In this document: in pieces, positions 27,421 to 42,815 of the stretch
How positions within the stretch are numbered: position 1 is the first letter of the stretch
How the letters are laid out: every line of letters begins with the position of its first letter
Assembly: GCA_964016885.1 (NCBI GenBank)
Contig: OZ024740.1
Location: forward strand, 364,250,001 to 364,314,000
Reading direction: 5' to 3'
Source: Eledone cirrhosa
Taxonomy: Eukaryota
Length of the DNA: 64,000 nt
The notes under the pieces: generated by a model
Database searches by the model: none
What the model was told of the DNA's origin: nothing
The model's input: the letters and a program-made list of their open reading frames with translations, nothing else
Position numbers and translations under genes: made by a program

Positions 27421-29261
27421 AATTCCATATATGGTCAAAGTGATTGTCAAAAATCAGTAGTAATTCTGTGGTTGCAAATTAGTAGGGGAGATGGTGGCTA
27501 AACCTGCCAGTAGTAGAAAGAGGGGAGGGGGTGGAGTAGACCCAATCCAGCGTTGGTAGTGCCAGCTACAGCTGGGCATGAGGTCAAAGAAGATACAGGG
27601 GAGGGGGAGGGGGAGGAAGTCGGAACGGTAGGTAGAACAATGGGGGGTAGAAATAGGAAAGAAAAAGTACTGAGAGTGAAGAAAAGCAAATAAGTGTAAA
27701 GAAAAAAGTAAAGTAAATTAAATTCTACGACCTAGGTCTCAGGCTATTGTTAGGCTAGAATAAAATAAAGAAAGAAAGAAAGAAGTAAAGAAATAAATAA
27801 ATAAAGAAATAACGAAATAAGTAAAAGAACTAGGTGGGACGGCAGAGGCAAGGACCCTTTTAAGAGGTATAAGTACGTAAATGATACGGTGACGGGTCAA
27901 CAAAAGGGGCCAAAATACTAAAGAGACTACCACGAAATAAACAATAAAGGTTTCCATCCCGGGCCAGCAACGACCCAGTGCAGCAAAGTGAACTTGTACG
28001 AGATAATAATTCTGAGTCCCGAGAAAAATATATACTAATGCTAACTCTAAAAGATCTAAAACAAGCTACATGAAAGTTCGTACGAAATAAAGGTAGAATA
28101 CGGAGAAATAAATTCAGAATCCACCCCGCCCAGAAGAAAAGCGAAGCAAGAAATACTGAAACGAAAAAATAAGGCATAAGTGCCACTAAGAAATATAGAG
28201 GGCACCGAGAATAGTGGGAGCGGTCGGAAAAAGGGGGCAAGTATCCGGGGTCTAAGCCAACTGCTATAAAGGGCGGAGTCCTTCTACCCCAGCTCTTCTC
28301 CTTTGTCGGCGTCTTTTCTCGCCCACCCGAGGCTGCCCTTTGGCCCCATGTAGCCTTAGTACCCCCACCACCCCCTCCCCTAGTCTATGATAGATTTGGC
28401 GGACTCCGCCCTTTATAGCAGTTGGCTTAGACCCCGGATACTTGCCCCCTTTTTCCGACCGCTCCCACTATTCTCGGTGCCCTCTATATTTCTTAGTGGC
28501 AATTATGCCTTATTTTTTCGTTTCAGTATTTCTTGCTTCGCTTTTCTTCTGGGCGGGGTGGATTCTGAATTTATTTCTCCGTATTCTACCTTTATTTCGT
28601 ACGAACTTTCATGTAGCTTGTTTTAGATCTTTTAGAGTTAGCATTAGTATATATTTTTCTCGGGACTCAGAATTATTATCTCGTACAAGTTCACTTTGCT
28701 GCACTGGGTCGTTGCTGGCCCGGGATGGAAACCTTTATTGTTTATTTCGTGGTAGTCTCTTTAGTATTTTGGCCCCTTTTGTTGACCCGTCACCGTATCA
28801 TTTACGTACTTATACCTCTTAAAAGGGTCCTTGCCTCTGCCGTCCCACCTAGTTCTTTTACTTATTTCGTTATTTCTTTATTTCTTTATTTCTTTACTTC
28901 TTTCTTTCTTTCTTTATTTTATTCTAGCCTAACAATAGCCTGAGACCTAGGTCGTAGAATTTAATTTACTTTACTTTTTTCTTTACACTTATTTGCTTTT
29001 CTTCACTCTCAGTACTTTTTCTTTCCTATTTCTACCCCCCATTGTTCTACCTACCGTTCCGACTTCCTCCCCCTCCCCCTCCCCTGTATCTTCTTTGACC
29101 TCATGCCCAGCTGTAGCTGGCACTACCAACGCTGGATTGGGTCTACTCCACCCCCTCCCCTCTTTCTACTACTGGCAGGTTTAGCCACCATCTCCCCTAC
29201 TAATTTGCAACCACAGAATTACTACTGATTTTTGACAATCACTTTGACCATATATGGAATT

Positions 29262-29355
29262 ACCCCTTGAGGAGATCGGCTATTTAAATACCAGGATAAA
29301 TTTTCATTTAGTCCAGAATTAGCCGTCGAAACGGCTTGAGCTCAGCTGTCGGGGT
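29262..29355 (+). ncRNA. Type I hammerhead ribozyme, mirror copy (TTGAGGA)
   Basis: acccc-TTGAGGA-gatcggcta...tagccgtc-GAAA-cggct/tgagctc/agctg-TC-ggggt. Confidence 0.75.
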
Positions 29356-29369
29356 CTTACTGGTTCCTA

Positions 29370-31550
<2,181 letters not shown>

Positions 31551-31588
31551 ATTAAATAAATGGAAAACTATATTTATAAAACCATATT

Positions 31589-31654
31589 TATGTCATTATA
31601 TATATTTCGGGGATATCATATTAACAATATGCTATGCCTTCATCAGACAAAATA
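31589..31654 (-). ncRNA. Hammerhead ribozyme in the inverted PLE end
   Basis: Reverse complement of 35118-35183. Confidence 0.75.
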
Positions 31655-32032
31655 CAATATAAACAGTTTTATAGATAAATATATTCAACATACCGTAATA
31701 ACCATCAACTTCATTTGAAGAGGTTTACGCTAGCAGTGAAAATACAGAGAGAAAGAAAGAGAGAGAGAAAAGAGGGAAATAAGAAAGAAAGAAAGACAAA
31801 ACAAAGAAAAGGAAGAAAAAGAAGAAAAAGAAAAAGAAGAAATGCATGGGACAAAATAGAGAGATGGAAAAATAGATAGATGGAAAAATAGATAAAGCGA
31901 AGAGCTTCATGTAAAGAGACAGAAAGATATATATATATATATATAGAGAGAGGAAATAGAGATAGATACATATATATATATAGAAAATTAGGTAGTGGGA
32001 GGTCATTTTGAGTAAGTGTATCAATGATGCAT

Positions 32033-32063
<31 letters not shown>

Positions 32064-34706
32064 GCTCAAGTATTAATGTAAGGGAGATATATAGAGAGAT
32101 ATATAGAGAGGAAAAATTTAAAAATAGCCAGACATATTCGAGGCGTAGAAAACCCTATGTTTTAATGTATTAGTATTTATAAAACTTACACTATATTGTA
32201 AATATCATTATTCCTGAATGAAACAAGTATTCACAATGCGTGAAAATTCATTATCTGACATAACTATGGGATCTTCCGACTCAGCTCAGGTAACTGACCT
32301 TGTGGGCTTATGTTTAATCAATTCGCTACATAGGAAAATACCTGGTACTACCGGAGGTTTATATAGGGATGACATGCTTTTACTTATTAATAATAATAAC
32401 CCTGAACTAAATAGAAAATGTAAACAAATTACAAAATTTTTTAATTACTTTAACCTTAAAATAGAAATTGAGAACAACCATAGAATAGTCAATTTCCTAG
32501 ATATAACATTAAATCTCAACACATGTCTCCACTATCCTTTTCACAAGTTGAATGAAAACTTAAACTATGTCAACTTTAACTCTACCCACCCCAGATCTGT
32601 CAAAAACACTATAGTAAACTCAGTCCAAAAACGTATCTCTAGGATCTCGTCGAATAGAAAGATTTTTGACGAAAAGGCCCAATACTATAATGATGCACTA
32701 GCTAGGGCAGGGTATGCTGATAAGATTGTGTACATAGATAATGATAAACAAACTAAACAAAGTAACAACTTTTTTAATTACGGCAACAACATTAACAACT
32801 ATAATAGAAAGCATTACAATAATTCCAAAGGACAAAAAAGAAATAGAACTAGGAACATAATTTGGTTTTCCCCCCCTTTCTCACTAAACATTAAAACCCA
32901 CATCGCTAAATTATTTTTCAAAGCTCTTGATAATCGCTTCCCTAGAACACATAGGTACCACTCAATCTTCAATAGGCATACAATAAAATTAACCTACTCA
33001 TCCACCAAAAATTTAGCACAAAATATTAATAGAATAAATAATAGGAACTTAAAACCTACTGATAATAGCATAAATAATATACAAGTTAACAAATGTAACT
33101 GTAGAGATAGATCTAAATGTCCGTTAAATAACAACTGCTTAGTTAAAAATATAGTATACAATTGTAATGTTAATACTGACTCTAATTCTTTTAACTACGT
33201 CGGTTCCACATCGACGGAATTTAAACTTCGCTATAATAACCACAAGAATTCTTTCACAGATCCAAATAAAAAATCTTCAACGGCACTATCAGGGGTACTC
33301 TGGCAACTTAAGCTAGATAACGTTAGATATTCGACGGCTTAGAATATAGTCTCAAGAGGGATTCCTTTTAATTCATCCTCTGAGACATGTGACCTCTGCG
33401 CAGAGGAGATATTCTTTATACTAAAATCTAAAAATTCCCTTAACCTACGGACAAATTTATTCAGTTGTTGCAAACATAGATTAAACTCAACGTTTAAATA
33501 TAAATTTAAATTTAAAATGTAGTATATTTAGTTTGATTTATATTTATATGAGAACTAGCCGATAAATCTTTTGATTCCTAAATCTTTGATTCCCTCTTTT
33601 TACTCTTTTTATTGTTTATTTTATTTTATTTATTTTTATTTTTATCTAAACATTCCTCATGAAAAATTAAGCTACCCTAAAAGCCGATGCTCCAAATTTT
33701 TTGAATTAACCTTACACTAGATAAACTTATATATTAAATATAGGAGCATATGTAGACATTATTGGACATCATAATCTTTTTTTTTTTGCGATATTCCTTG
33801 CTAGATGTGATTTGATAGATAATTTTTGGCTTTGTCTTGTAATGAACTTGGCAATATATTGTCAATTAACTTTGAAGGGTTGTTCTTTGTGGTTTATTTT
33901 TATTTTCATTTTTATTTTTATTTTTAGTTTTATTTTTATTTTTATTTTTATTTTTATTTTTATTTTTATTTTTATTTTTATTTTTATTTTTATTTTTATT
34001 TTTATTTTTATTCTTTTAGTATTGTAGTATTCTATAATATTTTTATTTTTTATTTTATTTTATTTTTATTTTTAATATTTTTATATGTAAATTTTTATTT
34101 TTAATATTTTTATATGTAAATTTTTAATACGTAATATTTTTAATACGTAGTATCTTTAATATGCAATATTTTTATTATGTAATATTCTTTCGTAATATTT
34201 TTTTTTTTTTTTTTTTTTTTTTAGTTTTCTATTCTATATTCTATATTTTTATATATTTTTACTTATTATCATTATTGTTATCTTTGTTTATAATATAATA
34301 TATATTTTCGATTAGTATATTGAAATCTGCTCTCTATTTCTGCTTGATAGATAATCTTGTTGAGTAATCGCAAGAATAATAATACGCTCAAATTTTTATA
34401 CCACATTGAGAATGTTTTCCGGTAACTTAGAATTTGCGGAGTGAATCAGTTGGATTCACATTGATGTTTGTAGCTGTCACATAGACATATGAATTTTTTA
34501 AAAACTAAACATAAGATAATGAATTTTCACGCATTGTGAATACTTGTTTCATTCAGGAATAATGATATTTACAATATAGTGTAAGTTTTATAAATACTAA
34601 TACATTAAAACATAGGGTTTTCTACGCCTCGAATATGTCTGGCTATTTTTAAATTTTTTCTCTCTCTATATCTCTCTATATATCTCCCTTACATTAATAC
34701 TTGAGC

Positions 34707-34741
<35 letters not shown>

Positions 34742-35117
34742 ATGCATCATTGATACACTTACTCAAAATGACCTCCCACTACCTAATTTTCTATATATAT
34801 ATATGTATCTATCTCTATTTCCTCTCTCTATATATATATATATCTCTTTCTGTCTCTTTACATGAAGCTCTTCGCTTTATCTATTTTTCCATCTATCTAT
34901 TTTTCCATCTCTCTATTTTGTCCCATGCATTTCTTCTTTTTCTTTTTCTTCTTTTTCTTCCTTTTCTTTGTTTTGTCTTTCTTTCTTTCTTATTTCCCTC
35001 TTTTCTCTCTCTCTTTCTTTCTCTCTGTATTTTCACTGCTAGCGTAAACCTCTTCAAATGAAGTTGATGTTTATTACGGTATGTTGAATATATTTATCTA
35101 TAAAACTGTTTATATTG

Positions 35118-35183
35118 TATTTTGTCTGATGAAGGCATAGCATATTGTTAATATGATATCCCCGAAATATATATAATGAAATA
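35118..35183 (+). ncRNA. Hammerhead ribozyme in the PLE 3' end
   Basis: tattttgt-CTGATGA-agg...catatt/gtt/aatatg...ccc-GAAA-tatata-TA-atgaaata. Confidence 0.8.
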
Positions 35184-35338
35184 AATATGGTTTTATAAAT
35201 ATAGTTTTCCATTTATTTAATATTGTAAATATACTCCAAATATTTGTCGAGTGCTTTTATATCAGTTATAAATATTTACTAGTTGTAACCCAACAATTTT
35301 AAATATAACTTTACATGTATATATATATATATATATTC

Positions 35339-35370
<32 letters not shown>

Positions 35371-35586
35371 ATTTATATATAAAGAATGAATAATAACAGG
35401 TAGACATCATAAAAATGTAATTTATTCCGTGTGCTTACAGGTGTTTCCACGGTGGTACTACAGCCTAGTTATGCTATGTGCAAATTCACAAGTACTTGCA
35501 GAACTCAAATATCCAATGCTGTGACCACTGTTTATATATATATATATATTCATATATATATATATATTCATATATATATATATATA

Positions 35587-35641
<55 letters not shown>

Positions 35642-35646
<5 letters not shown>

Positions 35647-35752
35647 AACTAGTAAGACCCCGACAGCTGAGCTCAAGCCGTTTCGACGGCTAATTCTGAA
35701 TTAGCCGTCGAAACGGCTTGAGCTCAGCTGTCGGGGTCTTACTAGTTCCTAT
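35642..35752. repeat. Perfect 55-bp-arm palindrome with 1-nt spacer, made of hammerhead 3' halves
   Basis: ataggaactagt...ctaattc-t-gaattag...actagttcctat. Confidence 0.9.
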
Positions 35753-35961
35753 TACCCACTCTACTACCTCAAGTATTGAGTACTTTGGTGCGTTATGGTC
35801 CACCTGGTTCCTTACCACATTTCCTTCGTTATATATATATATATATATATATATTCATATATATATATATTCATATATATGAATATATATATATATTCAT
35901 ATATATACATATATTCATATATATATATATTCATATATATATATTCATATATATATATATA

Positions 35962-36001
<40 letters not shown>

Positions 36002-36230
36002 TATATATATGTATATTCATATATATATGTATATTCATATATATATATATATTCATATATATATATATATTCATATATTATATATATATATTCATATATA
36101 TATATATTCCTATATATATATATATATATTCATATATATATAAATTCCTATATATATATATTCATATATATATATATTCCTATATATATATATATATTCA
36201 TATATATATATATTCCTATATATATATATA

Positions 36231-36302
<72 letters not shown>

Positions 36303-36370
36303 TATATATATATATATATGAATATATATATATATATATATATATAATCATATATATATATATATATATA

Positions 36371-36408
<38 letters not shown>

Positions 36409-36450
36409 TATATATATATATATATATATATTCATATATATATATATATA

Positions 36451-36486
<36 letters not shown>

Positions 36487-36596
36487 TATATATATATATT
36501 CATATATATATATATATTCATATATATATATATATTCATATATAAATATTCATATATATATATTCATATATATATATATATTCATATATATATATA

Positions 36597-36630
<34 letters not shown>

Positions 36631-36852
36631 TATATATATATATTCATATATATATATATATATATGAATATATATATATATTCATATATATATATATATA
36701 TATATTCATATATATATATATTCATATATATATATATATTCATATATAAAAATGAGGTAAATATCTCACTGAGTACTAAGTACCCATAGTGATATATAGG
36801 GTGTCTATAATATAATTGTTGTTCTATGGTTACTAACTCGAGATACCAGAAC

Positions 36853-37343
36853 TATAAAAATTGATGAGCAGAACAAACAAACATTAAACACTCTTTTAAA
36901 TAAATAAAAAAAATTATTTAAATATCTACCTGTTCATAATGCTATTACTGGCGGTTTCCATCTACAAAAGATACATTCTCCAATCTATGTAGAGAAAAAA
37001 TTCGTTGTTGCTTACTGCTATTTTTTTAGCAGCGAAGCCATCAACAAATCTGTAATATTCCCGCTTGCACTAGCGGCGGGTCAGGTGTGGGTCACTTTAA
37101 CAGCCATAATTCATATGAGCTGGTAGTTGGCATTATATTTGCGGACCGTGGGACGTATGTCCAGTGGAAATGAAATAGCTATCTGATGAAATCTACTTTC
37201 CATTGGAAATTCAGAGAATTTCCAATGGAAAGTAGATGGAACCCGCCGGTAATAGCATTATGAACAGGTAGATATTTAAATAATTTTTTAATTTATTTAA
37301 AGGATTATTTAATGTTTATTTGTTCTGCTCATCAATTTTTATA
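36853..37343. mobile_element. Non-coding unit with diverged ~110-bp inverted ends and a hammerhead
   Basis: 36853-36965 is an imperfect reverse complement of 37232-37343; lies within a TA-flanked island. Confidence 0.75.
37178..37256 (+). ncRNA. Type I hammerhead with 21-bp perfect helix II (GAAC in this copy, GAAA in the inverted partial copy)
   Basis: gctat-CTGATGA-a-atctactttccattggaaatt/aatttccaatggaaagtagat-g-GAAC-ccgccgg-TA-atagc. Confidence 0.72.
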
Positions 37344-37654
37344 TTCATATATATATATATTCAAATATATATATATTCAAATATATATATATTCAAATAT
37401 ATATATATTCATATATATATATATTCATATATATATATATATATTCATATATATATATATATATTCATATATATATATATTCATATATATATATATATTC
37501 ATATATATATATTTTCATATATATATATATGCAAAAGTTATATTTAAAATTGTTGGGATACAACAAGTAAATATTTTATAACTGATATAAAGCACTCAAC
37601 ATGATTGCATCTAATAGGGTACGTCAAAATTATTATAAAACTGTTTATATATTG

Positions 37655-37719
37655 TATTTTGTCTGATGAAGGCATACCATATTTTAATTTGGTATCCCTG
37701 AAATATGCATAATGAAATA
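37655..37719 (+). ncRNA. Hammerhead in a solo PLE-end fragment (family of 35118)
   Basis: tattttgt-CTGATGA-aggcatacca...tggtatccct-GAAA-tatgca-TA-atgaaata. Confidence 0.78.
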
Positions 37720-37750
37720 AATATGGTTTTATAAATATAGTTTCCATTTA

Positions 37751-37786
<36 letters not shown>

Positions 37787-37798
37787 TATATATATATA

Positions 37799-37841
<43 letters not shown>

Positions 37842-37924
37842 GTATATATATTCATATGTATAAATATATATATATATTCATATATATATATATTCATATA
37901 AATATATATATATATATATATATA

Positions 37925-38006
<82 letters not shown>

Positions 38007-38353
38007 TATATATATATATATATTCATATATATAAATATATATATATATTCATATATATATAAAACAAATAACGAAACGAAATTAAATTTCGTTTCGTTT
38101 GTAACTCACTTTTGTATGACAGACGCTTAAACAATTAAGTTAAAAATGTACATCCACATATGTATACTGAAATACTAGTATGCATATGAATACACACACG
38201 TATACATATGTAGATGTACCGAGTTTTCACTGGTCACTTACTGTGAGTGTCCAGCTATTCTGTATGTAAACACACAGACAAACCGGTTTTTAGAGTCATA
38301 CTGGTTTTCGAGGAAACACCTTTCCTCTATTCTCTAGAGGGCCAGACAAGGAA

Positions 38354-38394
38354 CATTGAACTAGTTTCGATGTTGTTACATCTCATCAGCAATA
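38354..38394 (-). ncRNA. Minimal type I hammerhead ribozyme
   Basis: tattg-CTGATGA-gatgt/aaca/acatc-GAAA-ctag-TT-caatg. Confidence 0.85.
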
Positions 38395-38799
38395 TTTACC
38401 TATCTTCCGGCCTTTCTAGAGAATCGTAAAAGCACATATCGTTATATGCTTTTTCTATGAAAATTAGTAGTGGGCAGACTAATTTGCATAGAGCGTGAGT
38501 ACGTACCGGTTCAACGGAGACGATAAAAACAAATAACGAAACGAAATTAAATTTCGTTTCGTTTGTAACTCACTTTTGTATGACTGACGCTTAACAATTA
38601 AGTTAAAATGTACATCACATATGTATACTGAATACTAGTATGCATATGAATACACACACGCATACATATGTAGATGTATCACTTTACTGTGAGTGCCCAG
38701 CTATTCTGTATGTAAACACACAGACAAACCGGTTTTTAGAGTCATACTGGTTTTTGAGGAAACACCTTTCCTCTATTCTCCAGAAAGCCAGACAAGGAA

Positions 38800-38840
38800 C
38801 ATTGAACTAGTTTCGATGTTGTTACATCTCATCAGCAATA
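38800..38840 (-). ncRNA. Minimal type I hammerhead ribozyme (second tandem unit)
   Basis: Identical to 38354-38394. Confidence 0.85.
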
Positions 38841-39175
38841 TTTACCTATCTTCCGGCCTTTCTAGAGAATCGTAAAAGCACATATCGTTATATGCTTTTT
38901 CTATGAAAATTAGTATTGGGCAGGTACGTTGAACCGGTACGTACTCACGCTCTATGCAAATTAGTCTGCCCACTACTAATTTTCATAGAAAAAGCATATA
39001 ACGATATGTGCTTTTACGATATGTGCTTTGTTCGTTTGAGCCAGGCGGACCGAAAACGATAAGTTGTAATAAAATGAAAACGAAATTTCATTTCTCACTC
39101 TTAGTACGGCACTTACTTAAATGTAAGTATGTATGTATACGTACATACATATATGTATACAGACGTACAGTAACA

Positions 39176-39257
<82 letters not shown>

Positions 39258-39408
39258 CAGGTACACATACATATATGTACGTATCAGTTTAGCGGACGCT
39301 TTTTATAACGCCCGCTTTGTTCGTTTGTAACAAACTGAACAGCCTGAATTTATGGCGTACGGTGTTAAGGCGACCACGTCACCTTTTTGTTTAACACTGA
39401 CACAGGAA

Positions 39409-39449
39409 CGATGTACTAGTTTCAAGCTTGTTAGCTATCATCAGCACCG
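39409..39449 (-). ncRNA. Minimal type I hammerhead ribozyme (family of 21013)
   Basis: cggtg-CTGATGA-tagctaacaagctt-GAAA-ctag-TA-catcg. Confidence 0.82.
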
Positions 39450-39686
39450 TATACCCTTCTGCCAGATTGTTGAAAGTTCGAAAGTATATACTTTCCTTAT
39501 GAAAATTAACGGCTGAGCAGCCTAATTTGCATATCGAGTGAGTTATGTCGGCCAAGCGTACTGAAAACGATAATTTGTAATAAAATGAAAACGAAATTTC
39601 GTTTTCATTTTATTACAACTTATGTATATATATATATATTCATATATATATATATATTCATATATATATATTCATATATATATATA

Positions 39687-39762
<76 letters not shown>

Positions 39763-39881
39763 TATATATATATATTCATATATATATATATATTCATATA
39801 TATATATATATTCATATTCATATATATATATATATATTCATATATATAAATATATTCATATATATATATATATTCATATAT

Positions 39882-40810
39882 ATCACGATAAATTAACGGA
39901 GGCATAGGCCGTGGTTATTCCCTGTAAATAATGTGCTCAAAGGGGAAGAGATCCTGAGCCCTTTAGAATATAATATGTTGAGAAGGTAACACACCAGAGA
40001 GAGATATATAGTGCGTTATCAATAATACAGGGAAAAAACCACCAGTGTATGGAATCTATAACCTATGAAAGGCAGACTATAGACACGATAATTAAAAATA
40101 TAAATTAAAGCGTAAATAAATACCTCTATAACTATATAACACACGTACAAATCCAGAGATATGTTTCGCCAGAAAATTTGTTGAAAGAAATGTTAGTCTC
40201 GGTTCATCAGCGTGTGTAGGCTATACATTTCAGACAACACTAAGAGAATTTTACAATTGACTGTCCAGCTACACGTGGAGAGAGAAGTCACAGCGTGTTT
40301 AATGGCAGTGAACCAGTGGCCTCTGAGAGACGAACTGCTAGAAAGGGCAGCCCAAAGCCACTCATAGAAGAGTGCTCAACCAAACAGAGATAGGAAAGGC
40401 TGTTGTTAGGAGCGAAATGTCACGATAAATTAACGGAGGCATAGGCCGTCGATATTCCCTGTAAATAATATGCTCAAAGGGGAAGAGATCCTGAGCCCTT
40501 TAGAATATAATATGTTGAGAAGGTAACACACCAGAGAGAGATATATAGTGCGTTATCAATAATACAGGGAAAAAACCACCAGTGTATGGAATCTATAACC
40601 TATGTTTCTGGCGAAACATATCTCTGGATTTGTACGTGTGTTATATAGTTATAGAGGTATTTATTTACGCTTTAATTTATATTTTTAATTATCGTGTCTA
40701 TAGTCTGCCTTTCATAGGTTATAGATTCCATACACTGGTGGTTTTTTCCCTGTATTATTGATAACGCACTATATATCTCTCTCTGGTGTGTTACCTTCTC
40801 AACATATTAT
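39882..40810. mobile_element. Non-coding unit with direct (39882-40065 / 40420-40604) and inverted (about 39973-40176 / 40605-40810) terminal repeats
   Basis: Direct sequence comparison; TA flanks; pseudo-LTR-like layout. Confidence 0.8.
40139..40217 (-). ncRNA. Type I hammerhead ribozyme
   Basis: acacacg-CTGATGA-accgaga...tctggc-GAAA-catatc/tctg/gatttg-TA-cgtgtgt. Confidence 0.8.
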
Positions 40811-40841
40811 ATATTCATATATATATATATATATATATATA

Positions 40842-40889
<48 letters not shown>

Positions 40890-40907
40890 TATATATATAT
40901 ATATATA

Positions 40908-41002
<95 letters not shown>

Positions 41003-41027
41003 AATATGTCATATATATAATATATTC

Positions 41028-41081
<54 letters not shown>

Positions 41082-41370
41082 TATATATATATATATATAT
41101 TCATATATATATATATATTCATATATATATATATTCATATATATATATATATTCATATATATATTCATATATATATTATTCATATATATATATATATATT
41201 CATATATATATATATATTCATATATATATATATATATTCATATATGAAAGTTATATTTAAATTGTTGGTTACAATATTAAATATTTATAACTGATATAAA
41301 AGCACTCGACAAATGTTTGAGTATATTTACAATATTAAATAAATGGAAACTATATTTATAAAACCATATT

Positions 41371-41436
41371 TATTTCGTTATATATATTTCAGGGATATCA
41401 TATTAACAATATGCTATGCCTTCCTCAGACAAAATA
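41371..41436 (-). ncRNA. Hammerhead ribozyme in the PLE 3' end (CUGAGGA)
   Basis: tattttgt-CTGAGGA-aggc...ccct-GAAA-tatata-TA-acgaaata. Confidence 0.8.
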
Positions 41437-42815
41437 CAATATAAACAGTTTTATAGATAAATAGATTCGACATACCGTAACAACATCGACTTGTATTTGA
41501 AAAGGTTGATTTGGTAGTGAAAAAATTGTACACAGAGAGAAAGAAAGAGAGAAAAAAGGAAAGAGAGACAGAAAACGAAGAAAAAGAAGAAAAAGAAGAA
41601 ATGCATGGAACAAAATAGAGTGATGGAGAGATAGATAAAGAGAAGAACTTCATGTAAAGAAACAGAAAGAGATATATATATAGAGAGAGAGAGGAAATAG
41701 AGATAGATACATATATATAGAAAACTAGGTAGTGGGACGTCTGTTGAATAACGTATCAATGATACATTTATTTATTTATTTATTTAGCTCTAGTATTAAT
41801 GTAAGGGAGATATATGGAGAGAAACCAGCTGTTATATATAGAGAGAAAAAATATAGAGAGAGAAAAAAAATATAGAGAGAGAAAAAAATTTAAAAATAAC
41901 CAGACACGGCGAGGCGTAAAAAACCTCTGTTTTAATGTAGAGGTATTAGTATTTACAAAACCAGCCACTACATTGCAAATATCAGTATTCCTGAATGAGA
42001 CATGTACCCACAATGTGTGAAAATTAATGATCTTATGTTTAGTTTTTTAAAAAATTCATATGTTTATGTGATAATTACAAACATCTATGTGAATCTACAT
42101 GATCAACTCTGCAAACCCTAGGTTCACGGAAAACATTCTCAATGTGGTATAAAAATTTAAGTATACATATATGTGTATATATATACACACAAATATATAT
42201 AGAGTCAATATTATTATTTCTGTCTCTACTCTATCAAGCAAAAATAGAGCAGATTTCAATATACTAATAAAAATAAAAATATATCAGAAACAAAACCAAA
42301 AATAACAATAATAATAATAAGTAATAATAAAATAGAAAACTAAAAAATATTACGAAAGAATATTACATATTAAAAATATTACATATTAAAAAATTTACAT
42401 ATTAAAAATATTAAAAATAAAAATATTAGGAAATACTACAATAATAAAAATAAAATAAACCACAAAGATCAACCCTTCAAAATTAATTGACAATATATTG
42501 CCAAGTTCATTATAAACATCAGAGTCGAAAAACAGATAAAGCCAAAAATTATCTATCAGATCGCATCTAACAAAGATCATTTCAAAAAGTTTAGGATGCC
42601 CAATTTGGTCTACATGTGTTCTTATATTTAATATAGAAGTTTATCTAGCGTAACGTTTATTCGAAATATTTGGAGCATCAACTTTTAGGGTAGCTTAATT
42701 TTTCATGAAGAATGTTTAAATAAAAATAAAAATAAAATAAAAATAAAAAGAATAAAAAGAGAATCAAAGATTTATCGGCTAGTTTCCCATATAATTATAA
42801 ATCAAACTAAATATA

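Larger units (their letters stand above)
27234..29369. repeat. ~1-kb-arm inverted repeat (27313-28281 / 28401-29369) of a non-coding hammerhead-bearing PLE-like end
   Basis: Mirror ORF pairs (27860..28240 / 28442..28822 and others); ~120-bp spacer; TA tracts outside. Confidence 0.95.
38062..39018 (-). mobile_element. Tandem ~450-460-bp hammerhead-bearing repeat (non-LTR retrozyme-like) with short inverted terminal segment
   Basis: Units start at 38062 and 38526 (duplicated ORFs 38247 and 38693); 38926-39018 is the reverse complement of about 38426-38513. Confidence 0.8.

Noticed and set aside
27498-29184. Mirror-image hydrophobic ORFs (63, 72 and 126 aa) as duplicated membrane-protein genes
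   Set aside because: By-products of a T-rich non-coding inverted repeat, with no recognisable domain
32218-32256. ATG start of ORF 32218..33342
   Set aside because: These codons come from the inverted 3' end segment; RT homology begins at 32257, so the start is chimeric
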